From Trichormus sp. ATA11-4-KO1 (GTDB lineage: Bacteria; Cyanobacteriota; Cyanobacteriia; Cyanobacteriales; Nostocaceae): DNA of 64,000 nt. The stretch spans positions 96,001-160,000 of the forward strand of contig JAHHIM010000001.1 of assembly GCA_019358915.1 (NCBI GenBank), read 5' to 3'. Of the stretch, positions 1 to 10,125 are shown one piece after another; positions within the stretch are counted from its first letter, which is position 1, and the number at the start of each line of letters is the position of its first letter. The notes beneath the pieces were generated by a model, which was not told the origin of the DNA, searched no databases, and saw nothing but the letters and a program-made list of their open reading frames with translations. The position numbers and the translations under genes are program-made.

Positions 1-201
1 TGGCACATACAATGTCAAATTAGTTTTTTGTATAACTTGATACTGTTTTTTTAACTTATATCCATTCAGGTCGTCAAAACTACATAAAAAAGATCCGGAC
101 ATTATTCAGTTTACTATTCACTAAACTCAATTTGAGTTAGGCATTTAAGTATATAGAGTAATTATTAGCTGCTAGTGATTTCAATATAATCAGAAACTAA
201 A

Positions 202-564
202 ATGTTAACAGAAGCAGAAGGGAACGTATCCAAAAGTATAGCAAGAGAAGGGAAGACTCCCCAACAGCAAATACAATCTGCTAGACAGCTTCTCTTGGGC
301 ACTCCTAACCCTGAACTATTGCGAATAGTTTCATATCTACGCATCTGTTGCTCGGTAATGGAGATAGACTACCTACAAGCACTCACAGAAAAAGGGGACA
401 AGCTACGGGAAACACCTTATTTCATTAGTCTGCTCAAGTCTCTGTTTGAATATGATCCTGAGTGGTGGCAAAATTGCAAAGTTTCTGCTGATGGTGATTT
501 AAAGTCTGATGATCCAATCATTGCGGAAATTTTGCAACCTTTAGAGGCTATTTGTCAAAAATAG
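202..564 (+). CDS. hypothetical protein (120 aa)
   Basis: ATG-started ORF with protein-like composition; no motif recognised. Confidence 0.6.
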   Translation: MLTEAEGNVSKSIAREGKTPQQQIQSARQLLLGTPNPELLRIVSYLRICCSVMEIDYLQALTEKGDKLRETPYFISLLKSLFEYDPEWWQNCKVSADGDLKSDDPIIAEILQPLEAICQK

Positions 565-927
565 TAAAGTTAAATTAAGGATTTTGATTATCTGACTTAA
601 AGTGTTGAGTGCATGAAAATAATTGTCTAATATTAAATTTTTAACTTTTAGTCTTAAATAAAAAACAAATTGATCCTGATTGAATTTCTTAACTAGACAA
701 ACCAATTGATACTTAGTTATAATTATTTTATTTTTTATACTTTGGCTAAGTTGATGCTCTTTGGTTTCAGGTGGAGAAGATTTGATTTGGATTATTATCT
801 GTTGTAGTTGTCCATCCATACTGAATATTTATCAGGTCTTTCTAAAGGGTTAATATTTCCATCGTTCTCAGACTTATACATTTAGTTGCAAAACTTAGCA
901 TTAGTGTAAAAATCCTTTTTTTCGTTG

Positions 928-2067
928 CTACAAACTAGGATTTCTATGATTTATAAGTCCCAGTTTATCTAATGCTTGCATAATAGCGGCAATGCGAGTT
1001 TGAACACCGAGTTTTTCGTAGATATGCTCAAAGTGTTTTTCCACTGTTTTATCACTACAGTCGAGCAGAGAAGCGATCTCCTTTGTGCTTTTGTCTTTAG
1101 CACCCCAAAATAAGATTTCTGCTTCACGTCTTGTTAATCCCAGCATTTCCAATGATTGGAGAGAAAACGAACTAAGTGGCTGTTCTTCCAGCATGAGTAA
1201 GTATTGTTCTTGTGGGCGATCGCAAATTAAGCGGACAATTAAGCACTTATGTTCTTGTTCAATTCGCAGGGGTGGATAAAATGGAGTCACATGATCATTG
1301 TCAGACTGAGAGATTTGATAATTTACCCAATGTTGTAAAAGTTCTGGTAAATTAAAGCCTTGTGTCCGAGAATATGAGAAATATTGCGTCAGCATCTCCC
1401 AGGCTTTTTGTGTCATAACTTGAACATTTCCACTGGCTGACATTGTAATCATGCCCAATTGCTCCATCGTTTGGTGTAATCGGGTTAACTCTTGCTGCAT
1501 TTGGCTGAAGACCTTGGCATTTTCATAAGCTTGAATTAGATGAGGACGTAGTAAGTTCAGCACCAGGCGATCGCGTTCAGAAAAATTCCGTTGTGGTCGA
1601 TGCAGCGCAATTACAATATCTGTAAATGAATTATGTAATGAAAAACTGGCAGAGGCTATTGGTAGTACCATAATCATTTGCTCTTCTGCATCGATCAATC
1701 GCAAAAACCCATGATATAAGCCCTCTAAGCGGTGAAGTTCTTGCTCACACAAAAAATCTGATATCTTATAAGCCCCGCCATCATTGGTTACCACATAGTG
1801 TCTAGCTAGTGGATGTTCATAGAAATGATCATGGGCAGTTCTCTCAACATCTTCCAGCATAGGAGAGTCAAAGTTTTTTGATGTGATAAAAGGTGATATC
1901 CGGTTTTTGGGAAAGTTTACTGGTGACCAAGCTACCACATCTGAAGCAACTACCTGCGGCAAAGTTGAGATTACCCTTGTTGCCAGTATTTCTAAGTTGC
2001 AGAGTGTATGCAATTCCTGAAGAAAGTGCTGTATTTGTCGAACATCCCTTTGCCTCAAAGTAGTCAT
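928..2067 (-). CDS. LuxR/CsgD-family HTH transcriptional regulator with N-terminal GAF-like sensor region
   Basis: C-terminal GLTRREAEIL...KSTKEIASLLDCSDKTVEKHFEHIYEKLGVQTR LuxR HTH; NFSERDRLVLNLLRPHL GAF-end motif; SD-like AGAGGGG upstream. Confidence 0.9.
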   Translation of the reverse strand: MTTLRQRDVRQIQHFLQELHTLCNLEILATRVISTLPQVVASDVVAWSPVNFPKNRISPFITSKNFDSPMLEDVERTAHDHFYEHPLARHYVVTNDGGAYKISDFLCEQELHRLEGLYHGFLRLIDAEEQMIMVLPIASASFSLHNSFTDIVIALHRPQRNFSERDRLVLNLLRPHLIQAYENAKVFSQMQQELTRLHQTMEQLGMITMSASGNVQVMTQKAWEMLTQYFSYSRTQGFNLPELLQHWVNYQISQSDNDHVTPFYPPLRIEQEHKCLIVRLICDRPQEQYLLMLEEQPLSSFSLQSLEMLGLTRREAEILFWGAKDKSTKEIASLLDCSDKTVEKHFEHIYEKLGVQTRIAAIMQALDKLGLINHRNPSL

Positions 2068-2149
2068 TTCCCCTCTCCTATTGCTATAAAACCAATTTGA
2101 CAGAAAGTGTGCTGATAAAACGCATAGTGTATCAATTTCTTAATATTTG

Positions 2150-2169
2150 AATACGGGATTTTCCGTATT
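2150..2169. promoter_or_regulatory. 20-bp near-palindrome, candidate LuxR/NarL-type operator
   Basis: AATACGG-GATTTT-CCGTATT in the divergent intergenic region. Confidence 0.45.
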
Positions 2170-2229
2170 GAACATGAATAACTTACTCGTTATTATCCAT
2201 CCATGTAGATATCCTTTTACCTTGTTATT

Positions 2230-2348
2230 TACAGCATCTTGCATGCAAGTACATAAGGTACACCCCTCCCCAACCCCTTGGTAAAGGCAGGGTGCGCGAT
2301 AGCGCGGGTGGGGTATTCATGTACCTCACAAAGCTGAAATCTGCTGTA
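2230..2348. mobile_element. MITE-like dispersed repeat
   Basis: Ends TACAGCA...TGCTGTA; GC-rich core GGGTGCGCGATAGCGCGGGTGGGGT recurs inverted near 6190-6216. Confidence 0.6.
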
Positions 2349-2453
2349 TATTAATCCCTGCATTACTTGGATATTTATACATGTCATTTACAAAAATAAT
2401 TTTTGAAGATTTTGTATAAAACCATAAAGCTTTTTAAAAATTGGGGAATTTCT

Positions 2454-2768
2454 ATGAAAGTCAGGCATATCATTTTAACAACTGCGCTTTTTGCATTGCC
2501 AATAGTGCTAAGTTTAACTGGACAAAGTTTTGCTCTCATCAATCGAAGTCAAACACAAAATGACAAAGGTGATTTAGAGGAAAGGGGGTACAAATGCGAA
2601 CGTATAGCAACTAACTTTACCGAATGTACTAAAAATGGATCACCAACCTATTGGTGTACTGATAATGGAAGTTGTGAGGAAGCACCTAAAAGAAGTTCAG
2701 CACCCACGCGGATGCGGATTCCCACTTATAAAATACAGCCAGTAGATCGCTACTTTTATCAGTACTAA
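2454..2768 (+). CDS. small secreted Cys-containing protein
   Basis: Start at MKVRHIILTT (signal-peptide-like); four Cys in C-x7-C-x9-C-x5-C. Confidence 0.7.
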   Translation: MKVRHIILTTALFALPIVLSLTGQSFALINRSQTQNDKGDLEERGYKCERIATNFTECTKNGSPTYWCTDNGSCEEAPKRSSAPTRMRIPTYKIQPVDRYFYQY

Positions 2769-2908
2769 CCCTCTTCCGTCACTCTGGGGTGAAACCTTAA
2801 TTTTTCGTTGGCTGAAACTTCGAAAATTCGTTCATTCTTCCAAATTGGAATGCAGTATCTAGAAATTGTTGTTAAATGAAGACGAGCCACTAAGAGTGAG
2901 AGATGTAA

Positions 2909-2938
2909 AAATACCCTACTGCAAGCGGTAGGGTATTT
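2909..2938 (+). terminator. stem-loop, possible terminator or processing site
   Basis: AAATACCCTAC...GTAGGGTATTT inverted repeat. Confidence 0.5.
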
Positions 2939-3004
2939 AATTTAACCTGTCAAAAATTACTGTTGACAATTATGTGATCTACAGATTCTGCTTGTGGAGA
3001 GAGT

Positions 3005-3601
3005 ATGAAAATTAAAGACAACCAACAGCAAACAACGTTACTAAGTCATGGATTGTGTTTATTATTAACACTTACTACTTTTGTCTTTCCAGCTAACGCT
3101 CAATCAAAAGATAGAGACAATCCTACACCACTCACATCTAATGTAGTCACTGGTCAAGTAGGTAAAGATGATACTAGTGAGTACTTTTACAGCTTCATTG
3201 CTGGGCCTGGTGAAGTCACTGTTACACTTGATGTTCTACCAGAAAGGAATTCTCTGTCTATTACTGTTGATTTATTCGATACAACTAATGCTAAAGAACT
3301 TTTGTCTTTTAGGAAATCATCTGTTGAATTTCACAGTGCGCGAGAAATTAGACGTATTCAATTCAACAAGCAACAACCTGTTGTGATGCGTGTTAGATGG
3401 AATCATTTTAATAAAACTGGTGGTTACAAAGTAAGACTGGATGGTGCTGTGAAGTTTGCTAATACCCAGTCGCCTACAACAGGAACTAATACTTCAGTTC
3501 TGACTGTGCCAAATCAGGGAATGCTTCGGATAGAAATGGATGATGGCACTACCCAAGAATTTAATCTCAATCGTGTAAGAAGAGTACTCATTCAACAGTA
3601 A
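3005..3601 (+). CDS. secreted protein with PPC-like beta-sandwich domain
   Basis: Signal peptide ending ANA-Q; EYFYSFIAGPGEVTVTLD...GYKVRLDG; SD GGAGAGAG. Confidence 0.75.
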   Translation: MKIKDNQQQTTLLSHGLCLLLTLTTFVFPANAQSKDRDNPTPLTSNVVTGQVGKDDTSEYFYSFIAGPGEVTVTLDVLPERNSLSITVDLFDTTNAKELLSFRKSSVEFHSAREIRRIQFNKQQPVVMRVRWNHFNKTGGYKVRLDGAVKFANTQSPTTGTNTSVLTVPNQGMLRIEMDDGTTQEFNLNRVRRVLIQQ

Positions 3602-3799
3602 CTTTTTCACTTGATATATATGAGCAAAATTATTAACCAAAAATATTTCTCGAATTTTATATAAAAATTTGGTTTTCTTGAGTGACTAAGAAATACTTAT
3701 ATCTTGCACTCCTGCACTAGAAGTCACGGCTACACAGGCTTGATGCGCAGATTTACTTGTAACCTTCAATTAAGTCCAACAATTACGAAAAACAAAGAT

Positions 3800-4786
3800 A
3801 TGAAATCTCATAAATATTCATTCAAGGCTGCTTTATGCAGTTTAGGTCTCTTGCTTTCTGCATCGCCTTTATTCTTAGCCGGGTCTACAGCTCATGGGAA
3901 ACTCGATTGTCGAGGTGAGAATCCAGCACCAATATGCATAAATCCGCCAACACCCAGGCTGATATCCCAAGCAAGACCACCAGAGGCAGACTCAATGCCT
4001 GTGACTATTGAACTAACCGAATTCATTTGTATCAACGCAGATGAAGACAGTTTTTATAGCAATGGTGATGAGCCTTACCTGTTTGTAGCTGCTATTTATG
4101 CAGACGGTACAACAATCGATTTACGGAAGTTTTCTGATGCTACCGTTCGCATCCAAAGCCCTAGTAAAACTCATGGTAACTTAAGACGCAAAGGCGTTAA
4201 AGCTGGACACAGGTTCCCAATTCCTAGTAGCACTGGACGTTTCACAAATAGTATCTTACCGATTGCTGGAAAACTACCAGGTAATCTGGCGAAAGAAAAA
4301 AGCATCGTGGGACTTATAGTGATTGCAATGGAAGAAGATGCTACTCCGACAAAAGCTGCAAATGCGGCACAAAGGGCGCTGGTAAAGGTGCTGAAAAATG
4401 ACTTAGAACAGACTATTCGTAATTTCGATGAACCGGATATTGAGACTCTTAAAAGGAATATTAGAACAGCAATGCAAAATGCAATTAAACAAGGAACCTT
4501 GAGAAGATTTGGTATTTTTGGCTTTCTTGATCCAGATGATTATATAAATGCCGATTTTGCTACATGGAGTTATCAAGAAATCCAAGATGCAGGTACACGA
4601 GGGATTCCTATTAATATGACTTTTAAAAAATCTGGTGTTGAGTACAGAGTTACAGGAAGAGTGCGTCGCGGTAGTCCTGCGGTAGAAACATCCCCACCAT
4701 GTCCGAGGGGGCAGATCTGCGCTGAACCAGGACTAGGACGAGATGAATGCCGCATTTGCATCCCTGATGGTACTCATCGGCCTTAA
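3800..4786 (+). CDS. secreted hypothetical protein with Cys-rich termini
   Basis: Start MKSHKYSFKAALCSLG signal peptide; GDEPYLFV and DPDDYI motifs; C-terminal PPCPRGQIC..CRIC. Confidence 0.75.
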   Translation: MKSHKYSFKAALCSLGLLLSASPLFLAGSTAHGKLDCRGENPAPICINPPTPRLISQARPPEADSMPVTIELTEFICINADEDSFYSNGDEPYLFVAAIYADGTTIDLRKFSDATVRIQSPSKTHGNLRRKGVKAGHRFPIPSSTGRFTNSILPIAGKLPGNLAKEKSIVGLIVIAMEEDATPTKAANAAQRALVKVLKNDLEQTIRNFDEPDIETLKRNIRTAMQNAIKQGTLRRFGIFGFLDPDDYINADFATWSYQEIQDAGTRGIPINMTFKKSGVEYRVTGRVRRGSPAVETSPPCPRGQICAEPGLGRDECRICIPDGTHRP

Positions 4787-4938
4787 GCTAGACCAGAGTT
4801 TTCAATAGTTTCAACTATCCCACACAAAGGTGCAAATAGTCAGAATTCCTAAAAGAAATATAGGGAGATAGGCGATCGCTTATTACTTAGGTTGGTGCTG
4901 TTTGGGTGAGAAAATCTTTTAGTAGAGTTTGCTAGGGA

Positions 4939-5712
4939 ATGATGAGTCAAAATCCCGCAACCCTTTATCCTTGTCCCTGCTGTGGCTATCTAACCCTATT
5001 AGAAAAGCCACCAGATACTTATCTGGTCTGTCCCATTTGCTTTTGGGAAGACACCGGAGAACACTCACGGCTGCTGATTGCCCAGCGCAATTTTGTTGAG
5101 TTGGGCGCGTGTGATGCTGCTTGGCTTGCCCAAGTGCGTCGTCCCACAGAACAAGACCAGCGAATACCAAACTGGCAGCCCCTTCATGTTCTGGCAGAAG
5201 CAGCTAGACCAAAAGTGATTGCACAAATTACTAGTGCCTTTGAAGATGTAGTTCGCTCAGATGGGGTTTCTCTTCATGAAGCAAGAGTAATTGATGATTG
5301 GGGAGGCATGGAAGAACGTATGGTGGCACGAAAAATGGATACAGATAAGCGGTGGCAGGATGTCCCTTGGGAATGGATTGAGAAGTTACACGATGCTTTA
5401 GCCTTTCTCGACCCCAAAGGATGGCGGTACTATATTCCTGCCTATATGCTCTATTCACTCAACAACTATATAACCTCTCGCTCAAACGCTGTTTATTCAG
5501 CAATTTATTCTTTGCTACTTCACGAAGATACGAAAAAAAGGAAGGGACTCAAGGAACATCAATTATCCTACTTTAGGGTGTTAACAACGGAGCAATCAAA
5601 AGCAGTGTGTCAATTTCTGCGATTTATGGTTGTCTATGACAATTGGGATGGATATGGTGGGACAGCGCAAGAAGCATTAAACCGTTATTGGGATAAATTT
5701 TGCCTTGAGTGA
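4939..5712 (+). CDS. CPCC Cys-rich domain fused to DUF6714-like domain
   Basis: YPCPCCGY..CPICFWED N-terminus; FLDPKGWRYYIPAYM motif. Confidence 0.75.
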   Translation: MMSQNPATLYPCPCCGYLTLLEKPPDTYLVCPICFWEDTGEHSRLLIAQRNFVELGACDAAWLAQVRRPTEQDQRIPNWQPLHVLAEAARPKVIAQITSAFEDVVRSDGVSLHEARVIDDWGGMEERMVARKMDTDKRWQDVPWEWIEKLHDALAFLDPKGWRYYIPAYMLYSLNNYITSRSNAVYSAIYSLLLHEDTKKRKGLKEHQLSYFRVLTTEQSKAVCQFLRFMVVYDNWDGYGGTAQEALNRYWDKFCLE

Positions 5713-5745
5713 AACAGGACTTACGCAAAAGTCGTTTTAAATCTG

Positions 5746-5898
5746 AAACCCTTATCCTGCCTTCAATACGTTAAAAAACCTTTGTGGGAAACCTAGAAGG
5801 AATTTTTATGACTGATTGTTTTTGCCAAGCCGAGTGAGAAATGGGAGTTAATGGTTAAAGCATCATCATCTCACCCTCGTAAATTGGCGGAGGTATTG
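5746..5898 (+). repeat. about 150-bp dispersed repeat (MITE-like), copy 1
   Basis: Near-identical inverted copy at 22981-23133; inner ends CAATAC...GTATTG. Confidence 0.85.
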
Positions 5899-6163
5899 GC
5901 TATTAGGTATTTGTTCTAGCGATCGCCTATCTGCTTCCACATTAATTCCGGCGCTATTACCCAGAATTGTCAGAACTCAAATGAGAGTTCTGGAGGTAAT
6001 ATTTTTTCTTCTTCTGTTACCTGTTGTGGAAATTACTACTTCGTTTTTGTTCCTTCCTCTAGGGGATCTGATCTGGCTAAAGTCGTTGACAAATGACTGA
6101 ACAAAATCAAAAAGTTTGCTTGATCAGACTGAAGCGATGAAACTGCGGTATTGTTTATTTTTA

Positions 6164-6465
6164 TATAGCGTTTCCCAGTCACGTGAAATACACCCCACCC
6201 GCGCTGTCGCGCACCCTCCCCTTGCCAAGGGGAGGGTTGGGGACAGGGCTGTTTCATTCGCTTGTGTTGGAGATTTGTCAAGAGGATAATCTCACGCAAA
6301 GGCGCAAAGACGCAAAGAAAAATCAGGTATTTCGGACTGAAGATGCCAAAATTTTCGGTCTTAATTGTGGATTTGTCCTTGCAATTTTAACCCTTTTAGG
6401 GAACGAATCAGCCCTGGGGTTGGGGAGGGGTCATTTTGTACCTTACCGGAGTCGGAATTGCTATA
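6164..6465. mobile_element. composite MITE-like repeat next to the tRNA 3' end
   Basis: Ends TATAGC...GCTATA; core shared with 2230-2348; nested CGCAAAG repeats. Confidence 0.55.
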
Positions 6466-6507
6466 CCCAATTGGTTATAGGCTGGATCTATGTAACACTT
6501 GAAGCCA

Positions 6508-6579
6508 AGCCGATGACGGGATTTGAACCCGTGGCCTGCTGATTACGAATCAGCTGCTCTACCACTGAGCCACATCGGC
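6508..6579 (-). tRNA. trnT: tRNA-Thr (CGT)
   Basis: GCCGATG acceptor stem, TGGTAGAGC D arm, anticodon loop TTCGTAA, GGTTCAAATCC T arm; CCA not encoded. Confidence 0.97.
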
Positions 6580-6611
6580 GCACACAGTCAGTAATTATAG
6601 CATTACTTTTT

Positions 6612-6926
6612 ATGCCCGAAATAAATCCCAAAAATCGCCTTAACCCTGAACAATATGCCCGCCTCAAAGCTGAAATAGCAGCCCCCTATCGTGGCTTGCG
6701 GCAATTTATCTATATTGGTTGCGGTGCTTCTGGTTTGATTGGTGCATTTATTTTCTTTTTTCAAGTGCTTGCTGGACGAGAAATTGATAGCGCTTTGCCT
6801 AATTTGGCTCTTCAAGTAGGAATTGTTGCTCTGATGGTCTTCCTCTGGCGCTGGGAGCAAAGACGGCAAAACAGGGGACAGGGGACAGGGGACAGGCTTC
6901 GGCGTGAGCGCTCAGTCGAACGCTAA
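6612..6926 (+). CDS. DUF3493 (LPA1-like) membrane protein
   Basis: RLKAEIAAPYRGLRQFIY motif and two hydrophobic helices; C-terminus runs through repeat DNA. Confidence 0.8.
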   Translation: MPEINPKNRLNPEQYARLKAEIAAPYRGLRQFIYIGCGASGLIGAFIFFFQVLAGREIDSALPNLALQVGIVALMVFLWRWEQRRQNRGQGTGDRLRRERSVER

Positions 6927-6940
6927 CGCTCACGCCGAAG
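6871..6940. repeat. ACAGGGG heptamer tandem repeat plus 14-bp inverted repeat element
   Basis: (ACAGGGG)x3 then CTTCGGCGTGAGCG...CGCTCACGCCGAAG. Confidence 0.8.
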
Positions 6941-7226
6941 TCCGAACGGTGACAGTATTGGAATACAGCGATTTCAGACGTGTTGAAAAATCGCTAAATG
7001 TTTATGCGTAGGTACTTATCAGTGCTGAAGCAAAAAATTAACAGTTAATTTTTTTGGTTTTTCGGTTATTTTTATGAAAAACCTGGTTCAAATTCATTGC
7101 AAGCCCTATCCTGTAAGGATTTCATTTAAAACAAAAGCATAATTCTTTATAACGCTTGCCCCGTCAAGATTCTGTTATAATCAATCGTCAATCACGTGTT
7201 TTTAACTAGGTTTGCTTAATAAATCT

Positions 7227-7850
7227 TTACTTTCTAAACAACATTGATACAATCCTTGGTAGTTTATTTTGATCTTGTTCATGCCACCACTCTTTGAAAC
7301 CCTCAAGTAGGAACCCATGATCTTTCGCTGTGTTAAAAAAGTCTGATAGATGATGCACAAATGCTGGAATTTCAATGATTTCTTGATGTCTTTGAAAATT
7401 AGCTTTTGTTCCTTGATATTGCCTGAATGGATGAAGCTCAGAAATAAAAAAGTATCCTCCTTTGACTAATACACGGAATGCTTCTGAAAATATCAAGCTG
7501 AGGTTTTCGATGTGTTCTAGAACAAGATTACAAGTGACTAAATCGGCAGACTCATTGCGACAAGTCCATTGTTTCGTGATGTCTTCTGTAATAAACACCA
7601 CATTAGCTGACCTCACTTTCTCTTTCGCTTTTTCTATCATGTGTGCTGAAAAATCGAGCGCATAAACTTTCTTAGCAAGTTGTGAAAGCAAAAGCGTATT
7701 TTTACCTGTACCACAGCCAATTTCGACTACTGATTTACACTTCAAAACCATCAAGGTTTCTCTGGTGACGGTTTGATCCAGATCACGCGTTAGATTTTTG
7801 TCAACATCGTATGTGGCTGACCAATTATCGTATGCTGCTTGAACATTCAT
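7227..7850 (-). CDS. class I SAM-dependent methyltransferase
   Basis: VVEIGCGTG motif I; ALDFSAHM; NLVLEH. Confidence 0.9.
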   Translation of the reverse strand: MNVQAAYDNWSATYDVDKNLTRDLDQTVTRETLMVLKCKSVVEIGCGTGKNTLLLSQLAKKVYALDFSAHMIEKAKEKVRSANVVFITEDITKQWTCRNESADLVTCNLVLEHIENLSLIFSEAFRVLVKGGYFFISELHPFRQYQGTKANFQRHQEIIEIPAFVHHLSDFFNTAKDHGFLLEGFKEWWHEQDQNKLPRIVSMLFRK

Positions 7851-8083
7851 ATAGCTTCATTTTAAGGTATTGTTTTCTTCAAACTTATTTATATTTTGAC
7901 AAAATCTGAGACATAAATAGAGAAAAAATATTAGGAAATCTCCAAAAACAAAAATTTCTGAGAAACTGGTAAATTGTTCAAACGGGGTCAGCAAATATAA
8001 AGACCCTGAATATAAACTCAATCTCATTCAAATGGGGTTAGCTATATTTAAAAACCCCAAATTTTTAAAAAATCACAACTTTG

Positions 8084-8117
8084 AAAGCGCCAAACTAAAA
8101 TGTTAGTCTGGCGCTTT
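8084..8117 (-). terminator. probable intrinsic terminator of the SLH protein gene
   Basis: AAAGCGCCA...TGGCGCTTT hairpin just past the stop codon. Confidence 0.55.
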
Positions 8118-8136
8118 TTATTTTCTCTCTCAAGGC

Positions 8137-9828
8137 TTACTGAGCCGTTACCAAATAGGGTGAGGGAATTGGTTGGGCGCGGCCAGCATTGACCAGTGCT
8201 TGATAAACAAAGGCAGCAATTTCGGCTCTAGTCGCAGCACGATTGGGATTGAGTTGCCTAGCTGTAGGATAGTTAATCACTAATTGTTTTGTAGTCGCAG
8301 CCGCAACCGGGCCAATCGCATAATTAGGAATCTGGGCAGCATCGGTGTACAAAGAAAGGGCATTCTGATTGTCGGCAGTTAAGCCCAAACCATTGGCTAA
8401 GGAAACTAGTGCCTGTACTCTAGGAATTTGCTGCTGTGGTTTAAATGTACCATCAGGATAGCCAGCCAGAAATTCACTCCGGTAAGCAGATTGAATGGCA
8501 GCGTAAGCCCAGAAATTGCTGGCCACATCTCTAAAATTAGTGCCTGCGCGTTTAACTGGTGGTGTTAAAGCTTTGGTGATAATAGTGGCAAATTGAGCGC
8601 GGGTTACAGGATCATTGGGTTTAAAGGTGCCATCAGGAAAGCCAGCAATGATATTTTGGGAGGCTAAGGCTTCGATGTAAGCTTTAGCCCAGTAACCTTC
8701 TGGTACATCTCCAAAGGCGGTTTGACCTGTAGGTAGGTCAACAGTAGCAGCAACGAAATTTACTTGACCGGAAATCCGACTTTGATCAATATCGTTGCCA
8801 ATAGCGAGAATTGTATTAGTTCTAGTGGCATTGTTCACATCATGACGAGCGTTACCACGAATGAGATTGCCACCGGGATTTTCATTAGTACCGAGGTCAG
8901 GTAAAGCGTTGACAGTCGCTACAATACCATCTCGCTTATTATTCTGAATGACATTTTTACGTAATATGGGTCTGGCTGACTCTGAGATAAACAGACCGTC
9001 TTGGTTTTGGACGATCTGGTTTCCTTCTACTAAGGGTGTGGAAGTACCACCTATAGCTAAACCAAAACCTGTATCCTGAAATAAGTTATTGCGGATTTCA
9101 CCTTGGGCAGTTCTAGCTACTGAAATCCCATTGCCTTGGTTTTGCACAAACAGGTTATTTTCTATTGTGGGATTTCCTGAACCAGTGACAAATACACCCT
9201 CTCTGACACTGTTAGTAAAAGTATTATTGTTGATTCTGGGATTACTTGATTCCACCCAAACTGCGGTACCACGTTGATTGGGGTTAGTGACAGTGACACC
9301 TGTGATAGTGGTATTGTTGTTAGCCAGGATTGTAATGTCTTGTCGGGCAAAGGTACGACTGGTGTAAAAACCACCACCTGTAATTAAAATTGCCTGACCT
9401 CTACTTTGTTCATCACCCCGTAATGTTACCCCTTCTTTGAGTAAGAGTGGGAATTTTTCGCCACTGTCACTGTTATATATCCCAGGTGCTAGTTGAATAG
9501 TAGTACCTGGTTGGGCTTGATTGAGAGCGAAGGTAATAGTTTTATAAGGCGCTGCTGCTGTTGCACCAGCACCAGCAGTATCTGCACCAGTGTCTGGGTT
9601 GACATAAATCACTGTTGCATTTGCCGGAACCTGCGCTATTAAAATAGGGGGTGTTGCTGTGTGCTGGGTAAAACCAGCATTCACCGAACTATTCAGTAGT
9701 ATGGAAGCTCCAGAAACAACTAACAAAGCCGTGAGTCCGGTACGCAAGGGTTTAGCAGGAAGGCGAAAATTGTTGGCTGACGGCTGGCGTGGCGCAGCCT
9801 TAAAAATGTGAAAACCCCGATATTTCAT
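8137..9828 (-). CDS. DUF1565 beta-helix protein with three SLH domains
   Basis: IYVNPDTG..PYKTITFAL; parallel beta-helix repeats; FGDVPEGYWA/GFPDGTFKP/TRAQ SLH motifs. Confidence 0.9.
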   Translation of the reverse strand: MKYRGFHIFKAAPRQPSANNFRLPAKPLRTGLTALLVVSGASILLNSSVNAGFTQHTATPPILIAQVPANATVIYVNPDTGADTAGAGATAAAPYKTITFALNQAQPGTTIQLAPGIYNSDSGEKFPLLLKEGVTLRGDEQSRGQAILITGGGFYTSRTFARQDITILANNNTTITGVTVTNPNQRGTAVWVESSNPRINNNTFTNSVREGVFVTGSGNPTIENNLFVQNQGNGISVARTAQGEIRNNLFQDTGFGLAIGGTSTPLVEGNQIVQNQDGLFISESARPILRKNVIQNNKRDGIVATVNALPDLGTNENPGGNLIRGNARHDVNNATRTNTILAIGNDIDQSRISGQVNFVAATVDLPTGQTAFGDVPEGYWAKAYIEALASQNIIAGFPDGTFKPNDPVTRAQFATIITKALTPPVKRAGTNFRDVASNFWAYAAIQSAYRSEFLAGYPDGTFKPQQQIPRVQALVSLANGLGLTADNQNALSLYTDAAQIPNYAIGPVAAATTKQLVINYPTARQLNPNRAATRAEIAAFVYQALVNAGRAQPIPSPYLVTAQ

Positions 9829-10125
9829 TTTTGTGTCTGTGATGTGCTGAATTACAATTGGTTAAACAGGGTCAAATATAGCAGCTAAGTAGCTAGCAAA
9901 CCCATGCAAAACTATACTGGATGACTAGCAATTAATCAGCTAAGTTTCGTCAGAAAACACATACATGATTTCATTCATCTCTGAAAATTTTACCAGGGTA
10001 ACCCACGAGATGCAGCGATCGCCATGTGCTAGTTATCCCTAGGGTAGATACCTAGAGCTAGATGCACCAAGTAGTTGTAATTGATATCATCCTCGAAAAA
10101 GCCAGCCTGGGGATAATTAGAGGAA

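Noticed and set aside
541..819. 92-aa minus-strand ORF
   Set aside because: Very AT-rich, no motif; possible degraded fragment but unsupported
1..6507. Integrative element at tRNA-Thr
   Set aside because: No integrase or duplicated tRNA 3' end seen within the window; cannot be supported
6036..6542. 87-aa and 119-aa ORFs
   Set aside because: Made of repeat elements; the longer one overlaps the tRNA
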